Origin: an uncultured Myxococcales bacterium
GTDB lineage: Bacteria > Myxococcota_A > Polyangia > Fen-1088
Length of the DNA: 38,842 nucleotides
NCBI GenBank assembly: GCA_964440665.1
Contig: CAYTTF010000003.1
Coordinates: forward strand, 1-38,842
Reading direction: 5' to 3'
The notes below the pieces were generated by a model. The model ran no database searches and was not told the origin of the DNA. It worked only from the letters and a program-made list of their open reading frames with translations. Within the stretch, counting starts at the first letter, position 1, and each line of letters begins with the position of its first letter. Shown here piece after piece: positions 9,499 to 19,646 of this stretch. Both the position numbers and the translations under genes were made by a program.

Positions 9499-9564
9499 CA
9501 ATCTGGCAGCTCAGATAGCCGTTCGACGGCAAGATGTCATGTTGGCACCGAATTGGAAGTCACA

Positions 9565-9591
9565 GCCAATTTGGCGTAATATTGACGCCAA
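9565..9591. promoter_or_regulatory. Overlapping palindromes built from TTGGC/GCCAA half-sites in the kinase-regulator intergenic region (possible operator)
   Basis: GCCAA-T-TTGGC at 9565-9575. TTGGCGT (9571-9577) / ACGCCAA (9585-9591) with a 7-nt AT-rich spacer. A further TTGGCAC at 9542-9548. Read directly; function inferred. Confidence 0.3.
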
Positions 9592-9652
9592 TGGATTCAG
9601 GTAGTTGTAGCGTCTCGCCGACACTGGCATCCGAGTTGAAGACCAGAAGGGG

Positions 9653-11110
9653 ATGGACTTGATGCCTGTCACACCGGGGGCTCCTACCGTTCTGGTGGTC
9701 GACGACGAGCCGCCGATCGTCGATTCGCTTCAGAAGATCCTTGAGCGCGAATCCCTGCGGGTCTTGACGGCGGGGTCGGGGGGCGAGGCGCTGGAGATCA
9801 TCCGGCGCGAGCCGGTCTCGGTCCTGCTCACCGACCTCATGATGCCGGGGATGTCGGGGATGGATCTGTTGCGGGCGAGCAAGAGCGTCGCGCCGGAGAC
9901 CGAGACCGTCCTCATGACCGCCTACGGGACGGTCGAGAACGCCGTCGAGGCCATGAAGCAGGGGGCCTACGATTTCGTGACCAAGCCGATCAAGCGCGCG
10001 CACCTGGTGCGGGTGATCGGCAAGGCCATCGAAAAACGTTCACTGGTTCAAGAGAACCGGTCGTTGCGCGCACAGCTCGCGGCGGAGAAGCGCCGGACGC
10101 TCATCGGCCAGTCGCTTCCCTGGCGCCGGACCATGGAGATCGTCTTGCAGGCCGCCCCCTCGCAGGCGACGGTGCTCCTGCTCGGCGAATCGGGGACCGG
10201 CAAGGAGCTGCTGGCGCGCGCGATTCACGAGAGCTCGCCACGCGCCAGCGGTCCGTTCGTCCCGGTCAACTGCGCGGCGCTGCCCGAGAGCATCCTCGAA
10301 GCGGAGCTCTTCGGCTACGAGAAGGGGGCGTTCACCGGGGCGGTGCAGCGGCACGACGGCCGCTTCGTTCAGGCCGACGGCGGCACGCTTTTTCTCGACG
10401 AAATCGGCGAGATCCCGACGCACGTTCAGGTCAAGCTGCTGCGCGTCCTGCAGGAAGGGGAGGTCGAACGGTTGGGCGGGCGGACCCTCAAGGTCGATCT
10501 GCGGCTGGTGGCGGCCACCAACCAAGATTTGCGCGCCGCCGTACGTGAGGGGCGCTTCCGAGAAGATCTCTACTACCGGCTCAACGTCATCGCGGTGCCG
10601 ATTCCCCCGCTGCGGGACCGCCGCGACGACGTGCCGCTCCTGGCCGAGCATTTCTTGCAACTCTATGCCGCGCGCAATGGGCGACACCTCGTGGGCTTTT
10701 CGCGGGCGGCGGCCGACACGCTGGCCCGGTACGACTGGCCCGGGAACGTGCGCGAGCTCGAGAACACGGTCGAGCGCGCGGTGGTGCTCTCGCGCGGCAG
10801 CGCGATCGAGATCGACGATCTGCCGCCGGAGGTGCGGCGCGGCGGGCTCACCGGTGACGGCCGGACGCTGTCCTTCGCCGTCGGCACCCCGCTCGAGGAG
10901 ATCGAGCGGCGGGTCATCCACGCGACGCTCGCGCACGTCGGCGGCGACAAGCGGCTTTGCGCGCAGCTCCTCGGCATCGCCACGCGAACCATCTACCGAC
11001 GGCTCGAAGAAGAGCGCGTCGATCCAGAATCGCCCTCCGCGTCGGCGGCAGACCCCGCCGGTCCGACCTTGCCAAATTGGCAGGGACCCCAGGCCGCTGG
11101 ATCTCGCTAA
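9653..11110 (+). CDS. Sigma-54-dependent response regulator (NtrC family: REC + AAA+ + Fis-type HTH)
   Basis: Receiver (VLVVDDEPPIVDSL, LLTDLMMPGMSG). Walker [15 protein letters not shown] loop (EKGAFTGA), Walker B LFLDEIGE. C-terminal HTH (GDKRLCAQLLGIATRTIYRRL). An alternative ATG at 9662 has a better-spaced GAAGGGG upstream. Confidence 0.93.
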   Translation: MDLMPVTPGAPTVLVVDDEPPIVDSLQKILERESLRVLTAGSGGEALEIIRREPVSVLLTDLMMPGMSGMDLLRASKSVAPETETVLMTAYGTVENAVEAMKQGAYDFVTKPIKRAHLVRVIGKAIEKRSLVQENRSLRAQLAAEKRRTLIGQSLPWRRTMEIVLQAAPSQATVLLLGESGTGKELLARAIHESSPRASGPFVPVNCAALPESILEAELFGYEKGAFTGAVQRHDGRFVQADGGTLFLDEIGEIPTHVQVKLLRVLQEGEVERLGGRTLKVDLRLVAATNQDLRAAVREGRFREDLYYRLNVIAVPIPPLRDRRDDVPLLAEHFLQLYAARNGRHLVGFSRAAADTLARYDWPGNVRELENTVERAVVLSRGSAIEIDDLPPEVRRGGLTGDGRTLSFAVGTPLEEIERRVIHATLAHVGGDKRLCAQLLGIATRTIYRRLEEERVDPESPSASAADPAGPTLPNWQGPQAAGSR

Positions 11111-11147
11111 CACGCTGATCTGAAAGGTCTTTGTACGCGCGACCGGG

Positions 11148-11163
11148 TGGTCTCGGCGTTGCT
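11148..11163 (+). promoter_or_regulatory. Candidate sigma-54 (-24/-12) promoter directly upstream of gspC
   Basis: TGGTCT-CGGCG-TTGCT: GG at 11149-11150 and GC at 11161-11162, the exact 12-nt spacing. The -12 element matches TTGC(A/T) fully; the -24 element matches only TGG. It implies a very short leader (ATG at 11186). Confidence 0.45.
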
Positions 11164-11185
11164 TTGAATCAGACGCCGGACCTTC

Positions 11186-12103
11186 ATGGAGACCCTTCTC
11201 AGCAAGTACCTGGCCGCCGTCGACCTGGCGGTGATCGCCCTTTGCGCCATCTTCGGCGCGCGCGCGGCGGCGACGGCGTTCGAGTCCAGCCTGCTCGGCG
11301 GTATCCCGAGCGCCAAGCATGGCACCCGGCCGGTGGCGGCGGCCTCGCAGGCCGTCTACACCAAAGACGTCGAAGAGATCCTCAAGCGGAACATCTTCTG
11401 TTCGATCTGCCCGCCCATTCTCGCGGTTCCGGCCACACCGGGGACGCCGACGGTTCCCCCGCTCCAGCGCACCTCGCTTCCGCTCAAGCTGCTCGCCATC
11501 ATGTATGCGCCGGCGCCGGCCGACCCGCGCTGGTCGATGGCGATCATCCGGGACAACGACGCCAAGACGGCCGGGCCCTACGCCATTGGATCGACCCTGC
11601 GCGAGGCCACGGTCAGCGAGATCGACGAGGTGCGCGTCTATCTCGATTTCGGGGGGGGACGGATCGAGTACCTGGAGCTCCTGGATGTTGCCGCGCCGCC
11701 GCCCGGGGCCCCGGCAGCCGCCCCGGCCGCGCCAACCGATCCGTTCGCGGCCGAGCTGGACAAAGGGATCAAGAAGACCGGCCCGAACAGCTATGAGGTC
11801 CAGCACTCGACCCTGGACGCGCTGCTCGGCAACATGGGCGCGCTGTCGCGCGCGGCGCGCATCGTCCCCGAGATGCGCGACGGCAAATCGATCGGCTTCC
11901 GTCTCTTCAGCATCAAGCCCGACGGACCGTTCGGGAAGATCGGCCTGCAGAACGGAGACGTGATCTCCGCGATCAACGGTCTCGAAATGAACAGCCCCGA
12001 CAAAGCGCTCGAGGTCTACACCAAGCTCAAGACCGCCAACCACCTCTCGGTGGGTCTCGAGCGCAATGGCCAGAAGCTCACTGAGGACTACAACATCCGA
12101 TGA
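11186..12103 (+). CDS. gspC: Type II secretion system protein C (N-terminal TM anchor, C-terminal PDZ)
   Basis: TM segment YLAAVDLAVIALCAIFGA. Pro-rich linker. PDZ-like C-terminus (GFRLFSIKPDGPFGKIGLQNGDVISAINGLEM). ATGA overlap with gspD at 12100-12103. Confidence 0.85.
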   Translation: METLLSKYLAAVDLAVIALCAIFGARAAATAFESSLLGGIPSAKHGTRPVAAASQAVYTKDVEEILKRNIFCSICPPILAVPATPGTPTVPPLQRTSLPLKLLAIMYAPAPADPRWSMAIIRDNDAKTAGPYAIGSTLREATVSEIDEVRVYLDFGGGRIEYLELLDVAAPPPGAPAAAPAAPTDPFAAELDKGIKKTGPNSYEVQHSTLDALLGNMGALSRAARIVPEMRDGKSIGFRLFSIKPDGPFGKIGLQNGDVISAINGLEMNSPDKALEVYTKLKTANHLSVGLERNGQKLTEDYNIR

Positions 12104-14670
12104 AAACGACGAAACGATCCCTGGGCTATGTGTTGGTGGCGCTGGCCGCCGGACTCGCGTCGGCGCACGCCGCCGTGGTGGAGGGGGCGGATCAAAAACT
12201 GATCCGCGTCGACACCGGCGCGACCCGGCCGCCACCGACGCCGGTGACACCCCGGCGGACCCGGCAGAATCCCCAAAGTGTGCCGGCCGCCGTCGTCGCC
12301 CCGACCATCGGGACCACCACCCCGGCTGCCACCGCCGGCACCAGCGTTTCGGGCTCGACGGTCGTAGGCGAGAAGGACTTCAACTCCTGCAAGAAGTTCC
12401 CGAGCGGCAAACGGATCGTCAAGCTCAACCTCAAGCCCGACACCGAGCTCGGCGATCTCATCTCCTGGATCTCGTCGATCACCTGCAAGCAGTTTCTTCT
12501 ACCCGGGACCATCCCTTCCAACAGCAAGAAGGTCACCATCGTCGCCCCCGAGCTGATCACGCCCGAGGAGGCGTATCGCCTGTTCCTGGGCGCGCTCGAT
12601 TCGGTCGGCCTCACCGTCCAGCCGTCCGGCAAGGTGCTGCGCATCATCGAAACGGTCAAGGCCAAGTCGGGCCCGATCCCGCTCTATGGCGAGGACTCCG
12701 ACGTTCCGCTCAACGAGAGCTACGTGACCCGTCTCATTCGCGTCGAGAACGCCGATCCCAACGAGGTCGCCCAGGTGTTCGGCCGCCTCAAGGGCGAGCA
12801 GGGCGACGTGATCGTCTATGCGCCCCAGGGCGCCCTCATCGTCACCGATCTCGCGTCGAACATCACCCGGATGATGCACATCCTCAAGGAGATCGATCAG
12901 CCGGGCACCGGCGAGAAGGTCTGGATCATCGGCATCAAGAACACCTCCGCCGGCGAGATGGCACAAAAGCTGGGCGAGATCTTCCAGGTGGCGAAATTGG
13001 GGGGCAAAGGCGGAACGGCGGCTACGCCCCCGCCGGCCGGATCGCCGACCCGACTGAAGGTCGGTGATCTGACCACCGAGATGATGATCTCGAAGATCAT
13101 CCCAGACGAGCGCTCGAATCAGCTGATCGTGATCGCCAACGAGCGCGCCTACGCGCGCGTGCTGACGCTGGTGAAGAAGCTGGACGTGCCGATCGAAGGG
13201 GGCGACGGGCGCATCCACGTCTACTACTGCGAGAACGCCAACTGCGACGAGCTCGCGCAGACCATCGGCGCCGTGACCGGCATCGCGGTCGCCGGCGCCG
13301 GCGCTTCGCGGTCGCGCTCGCGTGGAGCCAGCGCGACGCCCACCCCGGCCCCCGCCGCGACCACGGGCCAGCCGCTGCAAGGGGCGAATCTGCTGTTCGA
13401 GGGCGAGGTCCGGATCAACTTCGATCGGCCCACCAACTCGCTGCTCATCGTCTCGTCGCTGAAGGACTACCAGACCTTGCGGCGGGTCATCGAGCGGTTG
13501 GACTCGCCGCGCAAGCAGGTGTTTGTCGAGGCGATGATCCTCGAGGTCACCCTCGACAAGGAGCGCGACCTCGGGGCCTCCTGGCACGGCATCAAGCCGC
13601 AGAACCTGTTCGGTCTCAACAGCCCGAGCCTCATCGTCGGCGGCCTCAACCCTTCGAACACGCTGTTTCCAACCAACGCGCTCGGCGACACGATGCTGGC
13701 CGGCGTGCTCGGTCCGGTGCTGTCGACGGCCGAAGCGACCGGCCTCGGCGCGGCCGCGACATCGACCGTCGACATCCCTTCGTTCGGTGTCCTCGTCAAG
13801 GCTCTTCAGATCAACAACGACGTCGACGTGCTGTCGAACCCGCACCTACTCATCATGAACAACGAGGACGGCGAGATCTCCGTCGGGCAGCGCATTCCGT
13901 TCCCGGTGAGCACGCTCGGATTGGGGGGCGCGGGGGCGGGGGCCGCCGGCGCGCTGGGCGGCCTCGGGGGACTCGGCCTGGGCGGCATCTTCCCGCAAGT
14001 CCAGCGGGAAAAGGTCGCGCTCGAGATGAAGCTCACCCCGCACGTCAACGAGCACGACATCATCCGGCTGGAGGTCGACGAGAAGATCTCGGAGCTGGCG
14101 CCCGGGTCCAGCAACCTCGGGCCCTCGACGTCCGAGCGGACCGCCAAGACGATCGTGGTGGCCAAGGATCAGCAGACCATCCTGATCGGCGGCCTCATGT
14201 CGGACAAGGTCATCAACAGCGTCACCAAGGTTCCACTGCTGGGCGACATTCCCATCCTGGGATTCTTCTTCCGCAGCACCACCAAGCACGTGGTTAAGAC
14301 CAACCTCATCATCGCGCTCACGCCCTACGTGATCAGCGACCAGTCGGATCTGCGCCGCGTGCTGGAGAAGAAGATGAAGGAGCGCCGCGAATTCGTGGAG
14401 CGCTTTGGCGGGGAGGAGCGGCCCAATCTGGAGTCCGACATCGACTACCGGCGCAAGCGTGGGATGCTCGAGGAGATCAACCGCGCCGCGCGCGAGATCG
14501 AGGTCGAGGAGCACGAGATGGACACCATTCGGGAGCATGACGCGCTGGACGAGTCCGGTCCGGTCGACCTTCCCGTGGGACCTTCCGGGCCGGGCGCTCC
14601 GGCGGCCAGCCCGCCTTCGGGGGGTGGCGCGCCGGCGCCAGACGGCGCGGGACCGGCCCGGGTGCCCTGA
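12100..14670 (+). CDS. gspD: Type II secretion system secretin GspD
   Basis: Signal peptide (LVALAAGLASAHA). N-domains. Secretin core (VLSNPHLLIMNNEDGEISVGQRIPF, TIVVAKDQQTILIGGLM, VPLLGDIPILGFFFR). Gly-rich insertion (GLGGAGAGAAGALGGLGGLGLGG) and a charged/Pro-rich C-terminal tail. Confidence 0.95.
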   Translation: MKTTKRSLGYVLVALAAGLASAHAAVVEGADQKLIRVDTGATRPPPTPVTPRRTRQNPQSVPAAVVAPTIGTTTPAATAGTSVSGSTVVGEKDFNSCKKFPSGKRIVKLNLKPDTELGDLISWISSITCKQFLLPGTIPSNSKKVTIVAPELITPEEAYRLFLGALDSVGLTVQPSGKVLRIIETVKAKSGPIPLYGEDSDVPLNESYVTRLIRVENADPNEVAQVFGRLKGEQGDVIVYAPQGALIVTDLASNITRMMHILKEIDQPGTGEKVWIIGIKNTSAGEMAQKLGEIFQVAKLGGKGGTAATPPPAGSPTRLKVGDLTTEMMISKIIPDERSNQLIVIANERAYARVLTLVKKLDVPIEGGDGRIHVYYCENANCDELAQTIGAVTGIAVAGAGASRSRSRGASATPTPAPAATTGQPLQGANLLFEGEVRINFDRPTNSLLIVSSLKDYQTLRRVIERLDSPRKQVFVEAMILEVTLDKERDLGASWHGIKPQNLFGLNSPSLIVGGLNPSNTLFPTNALGDTMLAGVLGPVLSTAEATGLGAAATSTVDIPSFGVLVKALQINNDVDVLSNPHLLIMNNEDGEISVGQRIPFPVSTLGLGGAGAGAAGALGGLGGLGLGGIFPQVQREKVALEMKLTPHVNEHDIIRLEVDEKISELAPGSSNLGPSTSERTAKTIVVAKDQQTILIGGLMSDKVINSVTKVPLLGDIPILGFFFRSTTKHVVKTNLIIALTPYVISDQSDLRRVLEKKMKERREFVERFGGEERPNLESDIDYRRKRGMLEEINRAAREIEVEEHEMDTIREHDALDESGPVDLPVGPSGPGAPAASPPSGGGAPAPDGAGPARVP

Positions 14671-14682
14671 GGAAGCGCTGCG

Positions 14683-16452
<1,770 letters not shown>

Positions 16453-16457
16453 CGCGG

Positions 16458-17726
16458 GTGCCTGTCTACAGCTGGAAAGGCCTCAACACCACCGGCAAGG
16501 CGGTGGCGGGCACCCGGGACGCCGACGGACCGAAGGCCCTGCGCCAGACGCTGCGCAAGGACGGCGTCTTCATCACCGAGCACCGCGAGGTGCTGGCCGG
16601 CGGTACGCGGGCGGCGCCCCGCGCGGCGAGCGCGGGCGGCGCGAAGGTGTCGGTCTTCAAGCGCGAGATCGATTTCAAGGGGGCGCTCGAGCGGGTGCGT
16701 CCGCAGGAGGTGGCGGCGTTTACGCGCCAGCTGGCGACGCTGCTCAAGGCGGGGATTCCGCTGGCGGAGGCGTTGGGGGCGCTCGGCGAACAAGGGGACA
16801 ACAAGAAGCTCGAGATGGTCCTGGCGGAGATCCGCCAGAAGGTCAACGAGGGGAGCTCGCTGGCCGACACGCTGGCCGCGCACCCCAAGATCTTTCCGGA
16901 GCTCTACACGAATATGGTTCGCTCGGGCGAGGCCGCCGGCAACCTCGATGCGGTGCTGGCGCGATTGGCCGATTTCTTGGATGCGCAGCACGCGCTGCGG
17001 GCCAAGGTCTCCGGCGCAATGACCTACCCGATCATCATGCTCGTGCTCGGGTCGGCAATCATGAGCGTGCTCATGGTGGTGGTGGTCCCCAAGATCACCT
17101 CCATTTTCGAGGATATGGGGAAGACGCTGCCCTGGAATACCCAGCTCCTCATCTTCACTTCCGATCTCGCAGGAAATTACTGGTGGGCGGTCCTCATTCT
17201 CGCCGGACTCGGTTTCTGGCTCTTCCGGCGTTGGTCGCACTCGCCCAAGGGACGCGCCGTGGTCGATCGGGTCCAGCTGCGCATTCCGCTCATAGGTCCA
17301 CTGATCCGCTACGTCGGAGTCGCGCGCTTCGCCCGCACGCTCGCCACAATGCTGGCCGCCGGCGTCCCGGTGCTGACCGCGCTCGAAATCGTCAAGAAGG
17401 TTCTCAACAACACCGTCCTCGAAAAGGTCGTCGAGGAGGCGCGCGACGCCATACGGGAGGGGGAGTCGATCGCTACGCCGCTCAAGCGCTCGGGCCAGTT
17501 CCCATCGCTGATGGTCCACATGGTGGCCGTTGGGGAGCGCTCGGGGCAGCTGGAGGCCATGTTAGAAAACGTGGCCACCGCCTACGAGCGTGACGTCGAA
17601 GGGAAGGTCACGCGCCTGACCACGATCCTGTCGCCCCTGATGATCGTCGGCATGGCCCTGTGCGTGGTCTTCATCGTGTTCTCGGTCCTTCAACCCATTC
17701 TCGACATGCAGAACTTCGTCCAGTGA
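16458..17726 (+). CDS. gspF: Type II secretion inner-membrane platform protein GspF
   Basis: GTG at 16458, 5 nt after the gspE stop, gives VPVYSWKGLNTTGKAVAG..., the typical GspF N-terminus. Duplicated GspF domains (FTRQLATLLKAGIPLAEAL; FARTLATMLAAGVPVLTAL). The upstream part of listed ORF 16062..17726 overlaps gspE and is rejected. Confidence 0.93.
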   Translation: MPVYSWKGLNTTGKAVAGTRDADGPKALRQTLRKDGVFITEHREVLAGGTRAAPRAASAGGAKVSVFKREIDFKGALERVRPQEVAAFTRQLATLLKAGIPLAEALGALGEQGDNKKLEMVLAEIRQKVNEGSSLADTLAAHPKIFPELYTNMVRSGEAAGNLDAVLARLADFLDAQHALRAKVSGAMTYPIIMLVLGSAIMSVLMVVVVPKITSIFEDMGKTLPWNTQLLIFTSDLAGNYWWAVLILAGLGFWLFRRWSHSPKGRAVVDRVQLRIPLIGPLIRYVGVARFARTLATMLAAGVPVLTALEIVKKVLNNTVLEKVVEEARDAIREGESIATPLKRSGQFPSLMVHMVAVGERSGQLEAMLENVATAYERDVEGKVTRLTTILSPLMIVGMALCVVFIVFSVLQPILDMQNFVQ

Positions 17727-17736
17727 GGAGAAAGCC

Positions 17737-18159
17737 ATGAGTGCAACGAAAAGAAGCGGCAAGGAGTGCATCAAGCGAGTAGCGCGAGCGGTCGAATCCG
17801 GCTTCACGCTCATCGAGATCATGATTGTGCTCGCGATCATTGCTCTGCTTGCCGGCGGGGTCGGTACCGCTGTGTTCAGTCAGTACAAGAAGGCTCAGGT
17901 AAAGATCGCCAAGCAACGGGTCAACGCGGCCAAGAACAGCGTGAACACGTTCATGGTCGACAACAATGCCTGTCCGAAGGGCATCGACGATCTCATCAGC
18001 CAAAAGTACTTGGATAGGAGCAATGCCAAAGACCCTTGGGGCAAGGATCTCATCTTCCATTGCCCCGGCACCAACGACACCGATACCGCTGACATCTCGT
18101 CTGCCGGCCCCGACAAACAGGAAGGGACGCCCGACGACATACGCTCCTGGGACCTCTAG
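17737..18159 (+). CDS. gspG: Major pseudopilin GspG
   Basis: GAGGAG RBS upstream. Prepilin motif SG/FTLIEIMIVLAIIALLAG with Glu+5. C-terminal DPWG...SAGPDKQEGTPDDIRSW, typical of GspG. Markedly lower G+C than its neighbours. Confidence 0.93.
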   Translation: MSATKRSGKECIKRVARAVESGFTLIEIMIVLAIIALLAGGVGTAVFSQYKKAQVKIAKQRVNAAKNSVNTFMVDNNACPKGIDDLISQKYLDRSNAKDPWGKDLIFHCPGTNDTDTADISSAGPDKQEGTPDDIRSWDL

Positions 18160-18189
18160 TGGTCAAGGAACAGCGTTAACGGGACGACC

Positions 18190-18960
18190 ATGGGTTTGAC
18201 TGGACAATGTGAATTCTGGGGGCGCCGCTCGCGGGCGCCCCGCGGGTTCACGTTGATCGAGGTCATGGTGGTCATGCTGATAATGGCGCTCGTCGCCGGT
18301 CTCGGCGTCACGGGATTCAGAGCGATCACCAAGGGCGACTTGCGTGCGGCCACCGCGCACATGTCGGGGGCCATTCGATACCTCTTCGATCGGGCTTCCA
18401 TCACCGGCAAGTACCATCGGCTGGTCATCGATCTGACTGGCGGGAAGTACTGGGCCGAGGTCTCGGACGATCGTTTCTACGCGCCCAACGAAGCGGAGAG
18501 CCAGGCCGACCGTCAGAAGCGCGAGAACGACGAGGCGGCCTCCGACGAGGAGCAACGGAAGCGCGTCGAGAGGCAGAACGCCTACGGGGGGTCGCCCACC
18601 ATCTCGGGGTCGAGCTTCGATCTCTCCAAGCTGGAGGTGGGCGAGTTTCGCCCCCGTCGGGCACGCTTTGCGGCCTTCAAGGAAACGGCGCTGAAACCGG
18701 TCACCTTGAAGAAGCTGAAGATCCGCAGCGTTTACACGCCGCGGATGACCGAGCCGGTGACCTCCGGGCGCGCGTATCTTTATTTCTATCCGCTCGGGCA
18801 GACCGAACCGGCGATCATCACGCTCACCGACGCGGCGGGCGAGAGCGTCTACTCCCTGGTGGTGCACCCCATCACCGGCCGGGTCCGCATCTACAACAGC
18901 GAGGTGCTGCCGCCGACGGGACGCCAGTACGACGACGAGGGGAACCAAGTCGTCAAATGA
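18190..18960 (+). CDS. gspH: Minor pseudopilin, GspH-like (unusually long, with an acidic/charged insertion)
   Basis: Prepilin motif RG/FTLIEVMVVMLIMALVAG. Assigned by its position after gspG. 256 aa, against my recollection of under 200 for classical GspH. Confidence 0.75.
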   Translation: MGLTGQCEFWGRRSRAPRGFTLIEVMVVMLIMALVAGLGVTGFRAITKGDLRAATAHMSGAIRYLFDRASITGKYHRLVIDLTGGKYWAEVSDDRFYAPNEAESQADRQKRENDEAASDEEQRKRVERQNAYGGSPTISGSSFDLSKLEVGEFRPRRARFAAFKETALKPVTLKKLKIRSVYTPRMTEPVTSGRAYLYFYPLGQTEPAIITLTDAAGESVYSLVVHPITGRVRIYNSEVLPPTGRQYDDEGNQVVK

Positions 18961-18974
18961 AACGTCAAATGAAA
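18951..18974 (+). repeat. Exact 12-nt tandem duplication CGTCAAATGAAA x2 spanning the gspH stop / gspI start
   Basis: 18951-18962 and 18963-18974 are identical, then CGTC again. This duplicates the ATGA junction and yields MKRQMKRP, with in-frame ATGs at 18957 and 18969. Confidence 0.9.
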
Positions 18975-19646
18975 CGTCCAACGAGCTCCATGGGACGACG
19001 ACGTTCCAGCTCCGGCTTCACGTTGCTCGAGATCATGGTGGCCATCGCCATCCTCTCGTCGACGCTGGTGGTGATGCTGTCGATCGTGACCAACAACGTC
19101 CGATCGACCAACCACGCGAAGATGACCACCTCCGCGACCCTGCTGGCCCGGACCAAGATGGTCGACGTCGAAGACGAGATCCTCGACAACGGTTTTGCCG
19201 ACAACGACGAGAACGCCGCCGGGTCCTTCAAGGATCTGGGCTACCCGCAATTTCGTTGGGAGACCAGCATCGAGCGGATCGAGCTGCCCTCGGATCTGGG
19301 ACAGCGCTCCAAAGACCAAGCCACCACCCAGACCCAGGACGCGACAAATCCGATGTCGCTCCTGACCGGGTTCATGGGCGGGATGATGAGCAGCTTCATC
19401 GAACCGATCCGAAATGGGCTCCAGGAGTCGGTGCGCAAGGTGACGGTCCGGGTGATCTGGGACGAGCATGGGCGGCTCGATCAGAGCTTCGAGGTCGTTC
19501 AGTACCTGACCGACCCGTCGAAGCTGGATACGGCCGGGCTCACGGCCGGCGCCGCCGCGGGGACGGGCGCCCCGAGCGGCACGGGCGCCGCCGCTGGGGG
19601 CCAGTCGCCGCTCCCCGGCATCATCCAGGGGCTCGGGCAGCATTGA
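18957..19646 (+). CDS. gspI: Minor pseudopilin, GspI-like (long, low-complexity C-terminal tail)
   Basis: Prepilin motif SG/FTLLEIMVAIAILS. Positional assignment. ATGA overlap with gspH. C-terminal AAGTGAPSGTGAAAGGQSP tail. Confidence 0.75.
   Translation: MKRQMKRPTSSMGRRRSSSGFTLLEIMVAIAILSSTLVVMLSIVTNNVRSTNHAKMTTSATLLARTKMVDVEDEILDNGFADNDENAAGSFKDLGYPQFRWETSIERIELPSDLGQRSKDQATTQTQDATNPMSLLTGFMGGMMSSFIEPIRNGLQESVRKVTVRVIWDEHGRLDQSFEVVQYLTDPSKLDTAGLTAGAAAGTGAPSGTGAAAGGQSPLPGIIQGLGQH

Noticed and set aside
9503-9640. Three TGGCA-containing elements (9503, 9543, 9625) considered as sigma-54 promoters for the response-regulator gene.
   Set aside because: 9503 and 9543 have the wrong GG-to-GC spacing or lack GC. 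9625 has correct spacing but GA at -12, and would start transcription on top of the start codon or RBS. Kept only as an observation.
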